Shown here piece after piece: positions 60,742 through 64,000 of a DNA stretch of 64,000 nt. Both the position numbers and the translations under genes were made by a program. Below the pieces are notes generated by a model, which was not told the DNA's origin, did no database searches, and saw only the letters and a list, made by a program, of their open reading frames with translations. The DNA is taken from contig CBDFIJ010000004.1 in the NCBI GenBank assembly GCA_965248055.1, forward strand, positions 2,080,001 to 2,144,000, written 5' to 3'. The DNA is from Candidatus Multivoradales bacterium (lineage in GTDB: Bacteria; Acidobacteriota; Thermoanaerobaculia; Multivoradales; JAHEKO01). Numbering within the stretch: position 1 is the first letter of the stretch; every line of letters starts with the position of its first letter.

Positions 60742-63700
60742 TCAACCAGGTTTGAGTTGCTGTAAGTCTGGTTCTTCGTAGGCGATGAGTACGGCTCGAT
60801 CATTTTTGCCAAAGACATAGATCTTCCTCCTTGCGGAAGAAGGGGAGGAGCGCGGGTTTAGCACCAATTCTTTTTTCCCGCTGCTTGTAATCGTTTCGTA
60901 ACCAACAGGGATGAATGCTGCTCCTCTTTCCAGTGCTTGGCGTTGAAGCGATTCAAAGGTTTGCCCGGTCCATTGTTGACCGGCATCGACGAAATACACT
61001 TCATTGCTATTGGAAGTGGCCGTTAGCAGTCGGAGGACTACCCTCGTAATTCCTGGGGTGATCACCGCCTGTGCTAGTACTCGTTCGGTTAGATCTTCAA
61101 CGGAGACGATTTCGCAGTGATTGATCCGGCGAAAGTGCTCCACATTCGCACTATCGATCACTTCGACAACTTGGTGGAGAGCCTCACCCTTTGACGCTCG
61201 ATCTGCAGAAAGTGCGACGAGTAGAGAGCGATGATCCAGGTATTTCGAGCCTTCATCAGTGGGATCTCCACTCGCCAGGATAACCAGGGTCTGAAACTCC
61301 CTCAGTCCAGCTCGTTTAAGGTCCTTTTCTTTGGTAGCGTCAGCTAGGATGAAAGTGACATCTCTGAGTTTGGCGGAAGCGATTTCGTCAGCTTGTGCTT
61401 CAGATAGGCCGCGATTCGTGATAACCGTGACTACGAATCGCTTCTTCTTGGCAATAACATTGGTTTGAAGCTGTCGAACGATCTCAAGTGCCGTACTTGA
61501 CCAACCGCAAATTCCGATTCGGATAGTTTGTCTTTCTTTCTTTGTCATGCTCGTCTCCCCCTCCGGAAATTGGCGTACTTTCTTACGCGAGATCTTTTGC
61601 CACAACATCGCTCTTCTTAGGTCGGTCGAACAATCTGCCAGATATACAAGCTCATCTGCAGCCTTGAGCGCGTCCATTGCTGTTAGTGCGAACCCCGAGG
61701 GGTTTAGTAAGAAGTACCTCTTCTCACGCTTGATTTTCCCGCTACCTGTGTTCTTCTTGATGGTCAATGGATTCTGCGGTCTTATGCCGATCGGTAAGAC
61801 TCTTGTTTCGAATAGATACTCTTGAATCTGCCGAAAGGTTAGTCCCACCAAACGGGGCGGGACAGGAGCAGAGTAAATTTCTTGCGAGTCTTTCTTGAAG
61901 GACAGAATCTCGTCGTAAAAGCGGGTGATACCACGAGTAATCACGGCTTGACTAATCATCCGTGCGCTGAGGTTCCAGGTCTCGATAATCTCGTCGGCTT
62001 CGGTGATATTAAGATGCCTTGCCAAATCAGGGGAGCCGACTTCAACGATCGTATGGATGGAAGGAGCAGCGTTCTCAATAGCCAATGTCGTAGCGATACT
62101 AGACAATTGATCGCGTTTCTTTGCGAACTTGGGAGCCATTACTACTGCTGCTTTTGCTGTAGTTACGTCTGCTTGAATAAGCGTGTTTTCTTCCCAGGGA
62201 TTCCCTTCAACCACCATGGTCCCCCGGGATTCCCTTGCCTGCTGAACCCGGGCCTGAAGAGGATTTGGGGTAATGACTACAACTTGAGGACGACGACTAA
62301 GATCTTTACTTCTAAGCTGCCGCAATAGTCTTGCGCTTCGCTCCGACCAACCAGCGAAAATAATGTGGTCTCTCATCGGAAAATACACGCGTGGCTTGAG
62401 AGATAACCGCTTGAGATTGAGAGCCCTTTCCACGAGCCAAGACACAACTTGGCCCGAAAAGAAGACCAAAGCAGCAGCACCAACTACAAGGATAAGAATG
62501 GAAGCAGCATTACCGAGTGGCGTGACGGGATACTTCGACTCCAATCCCCCGCTCACTAGATAGTGAATAGTGGCCAAAGAAGAGCGCCCGAAGGTTCTAA
62601 AAGCGGCGTTCTTTTCGGACTCGAGGGAGTACATGATCCACGATCCAGATGCCCAAACAATAAGCAGAACAGCGAGTACTCGTCCCAGGAGATATTCGTA
62701 GAATAAGTAGGAAAATCTGGGAACCCGCCTCAGAATAAGCAACGACAAGATTCCGGCCAAAAGAGGCCACATTTTCTCCAAGATCTTTCGGGCTCGCTCC
62801 AATAACGAGAGATCAACGCTCGCTTCTGAGTAGTGATCTGCGGCAGCAGGATGGAAGGGTACAGTCGAATGTTCTTGGCTTCGCACAAGATCTTGCCCAA
62901 ACGTAGTCAGGGAGCGCCTTTCTATAACATCAATGAGTTGTTCTACGGTTTCCCTTTCCAACCCTCGACGCGTGGCGAGCAGCGCCCAAACGGAGAAGCT
63001 GGCGACGTTTTGTTGAATTGCGGAATAATCCGCCACAGTAATCTCGGACGGTGAAAGCAAGAAATTAGCTCGTCTGATCGGTCGGGATAATTTTCTATCG
63101 AACCTCAATAGGCTTCCAACCCGACTACGGAGTTCGTTATCAATTTCGTTGTTTGGTACAGAAGAGGTTACGAAGACAACGTCAACTTGCCGTTCTTTGA
63201 GTTGAAGCAAGGCTTGAGTTGTAGAAAGAAAAAGTACTGATTCCGTAGGAATTTCAAGAAATTCAAGAACTGTGAGCCCATGGGCTGCTGTTCCGCTTCC
63301 TTTGGGGCCAACTGAGATTCTTTGAGGTTCGACGTTCTCCTTAATGTTGTGAACCTCATCAAGACCGAGTTCCCGACGCGCGACCACATGAATTGTCTCA
63401 GGAAAAAGAACCGCGATTCCCACGAAAGATCTTTCTTGGTATCGCTCAAGGAAAGCAACATCGCTTTGAATCAGGGCTAAATCCACTTTTCCTTGTCGGA
63501 GAAGATCTGCGTTTTCGTATGAGCCGCCAGTGCTTTTGACAACGAGCGAGAAGGATGACCCTTCTTGCTCGATAGCGTTGGCAAGGCTGTTGGCGAACAG
63601 TGAGTAGTTACCATCTGGAGATCCCGCTGCGATAACTAATGAGGCTCTTTGTTTGGCGCCTTGTTGTTGGGGAGCGAGCGGAGTTGTCTGGACTACCAGC

Positions 63701-63804
63701 ATCGCCGTAGCAACGCCTAGATGTAGTACAGCCGACTGTACGTAGGTCCGTGCACGAAGAGGGCGTGCTTCACTGATCTTCAATGGTTGGAATATCCCTT
63801 CCAC
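60742..63804 (-). CDS. TAXI solute-binding domain + pore-loop ion channel + tandem RCK domains
   Basis: AGSPDGNY, STGGSYEN, LIQSD, GSGT, PFHPAA (TAXI); TM-pore-TM; HIIFAGWS and IGICGWS RCK domains. Confidence 0.85.
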   Translation of the reverse strand: MEGIFQPLKISEARPLRARTYVQSAVLHLGVATAMLVVQTTPLAPQQQGAKQRASLVIAAGSPDGNYSLFANSLANAIEQEGSSFSLVVKSTGGSYENADLLRQGKVDLALIQSDVAFLERYQERSFVGIAVLFPETIHVVARRELGLDEVHNIKENVEPQRISVGPKGSGTAAHGLTVLEFLEIPTESVLFLSTTQALLQLKERQVDVVFVTSSVPNNEIDNELRSRVGSLLRFDRKLSRPIRRANFLLSPSEITVADYSAIQQNVASFSVWALLATRRGLERETVEQLIDVIERRSLTTFGQDLVRSQEHSTVPFHPAAADHYSEASVDLSLLERARKILEKMWPLLAGILSLLILRRVPRFSYLFYEYLLGRVLAVLLIVWASGSWIMYSLESEKNAAFRTFGRSSLATIHYLVSGGLESKYPVTPLGNAASILILVVGAAALVFFSGQVVSWLVERALNLKRLSLKPRVYFPMRDHIIFAGWSERSARLLRQLRSKDLSRRPQVVVITPNPLQARVQQARESRGTMVVEGNPWEENTLIQADVTTAKAAVVMAPKFAKKRDQLSSIATTLAIENAAPSIHTIVEVGSPDLARHLNITEADEIIETWNLSARMISQAVITRGITRFYDEILSFKKDSQEIYSAPVPPRLVGLTFRQIQEYLFETRVLPIGIRPQNPLTIKKNTGSGKIKREKRYFLLNPSGFALTAMDALKAADELVYLADCSTDLRRAMLWQKISRKKVRQFPEGETSMTKKERQTIRIGICGWSSTALEIVRQLQTNVIAKKKRFVVTVITNRGLSEAQADEIASAKLRDVTFILADATKEKDLKRAGLREFQTLVILASGDPTDEGSKYLDHRSLLVALSADRASKGEALHQVVEVIDSANVEHFRRINHCEIVSVEDLTERVLAQAVITPGITRVVLRLLTATSNSNEVYFVDAGQQWTGQTFESLQRQALERGAAFIPVGYETITSSGKKELVLNPRSSPSSARRKIYVFGKNDRAVLIAYEEPDLQQLKPG

Positions 63805-64000
63805 AACAACCCCTCAAAGCGCCAACTCCCTTGGTCGCAGCACAGACAGAACGCCCTGGTTCAGGAGCCTTGTCTCTTAAGAATGGACAGAGGTTACCGG
63901 AGGCAGATCGAAATATGCAACTAGTTTGTTCTCAGGTCTTTGTGTGACTGTGAATGAGCGGAGCAATCCGCTCCCCAGTCGCCAACAGTTGAAGCGCTTG

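Overview
GC-rich bacterial chromosome segment. Gene content suggests an Acidobacteriota (Thermoanaerobaculia-like) or similar diderm, which is inference only. Core blocks: an aminolipid-type operon (OlsB-like GNAT, OlsA/PlsC-like acyltransferase, DinB, NRDE, hydrolase-DedA) coupled to a ferric-reductase/Rieske fusion; a Rieske-glutamate-synthase-family gene; trkAH; TonB receptors; a four-tRNA cluster (Pro, Arg, His, Arg); a cobalamin riboswitch-btu operon; and a complete F1Fo atp operon. Three accessory regions stand out. (1) A tRNA-adjacent island (~21.6-29.2 kb) has a three-gene operon (COMM-domain-like protein, wHTH protein, NDT/TIR-like effector), an IS1111-type element, IS5-like and integron-integrase relics and a Y1/RAYT transposase; its junctions fall at one short ATAGGTRCCACCCT-like motif. 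(2) A 43-46.7 kb remnant has a truncated resolvase, a secreted peptide with a beta-rich partner and an RHH protein. (3) The atp operon is heavily invaded: an IS481, tandemly amplified REP ends and three REP-atpC units, followed by a TAXI solute-binding domain fused to a pore-loop channel with two RCK domains.
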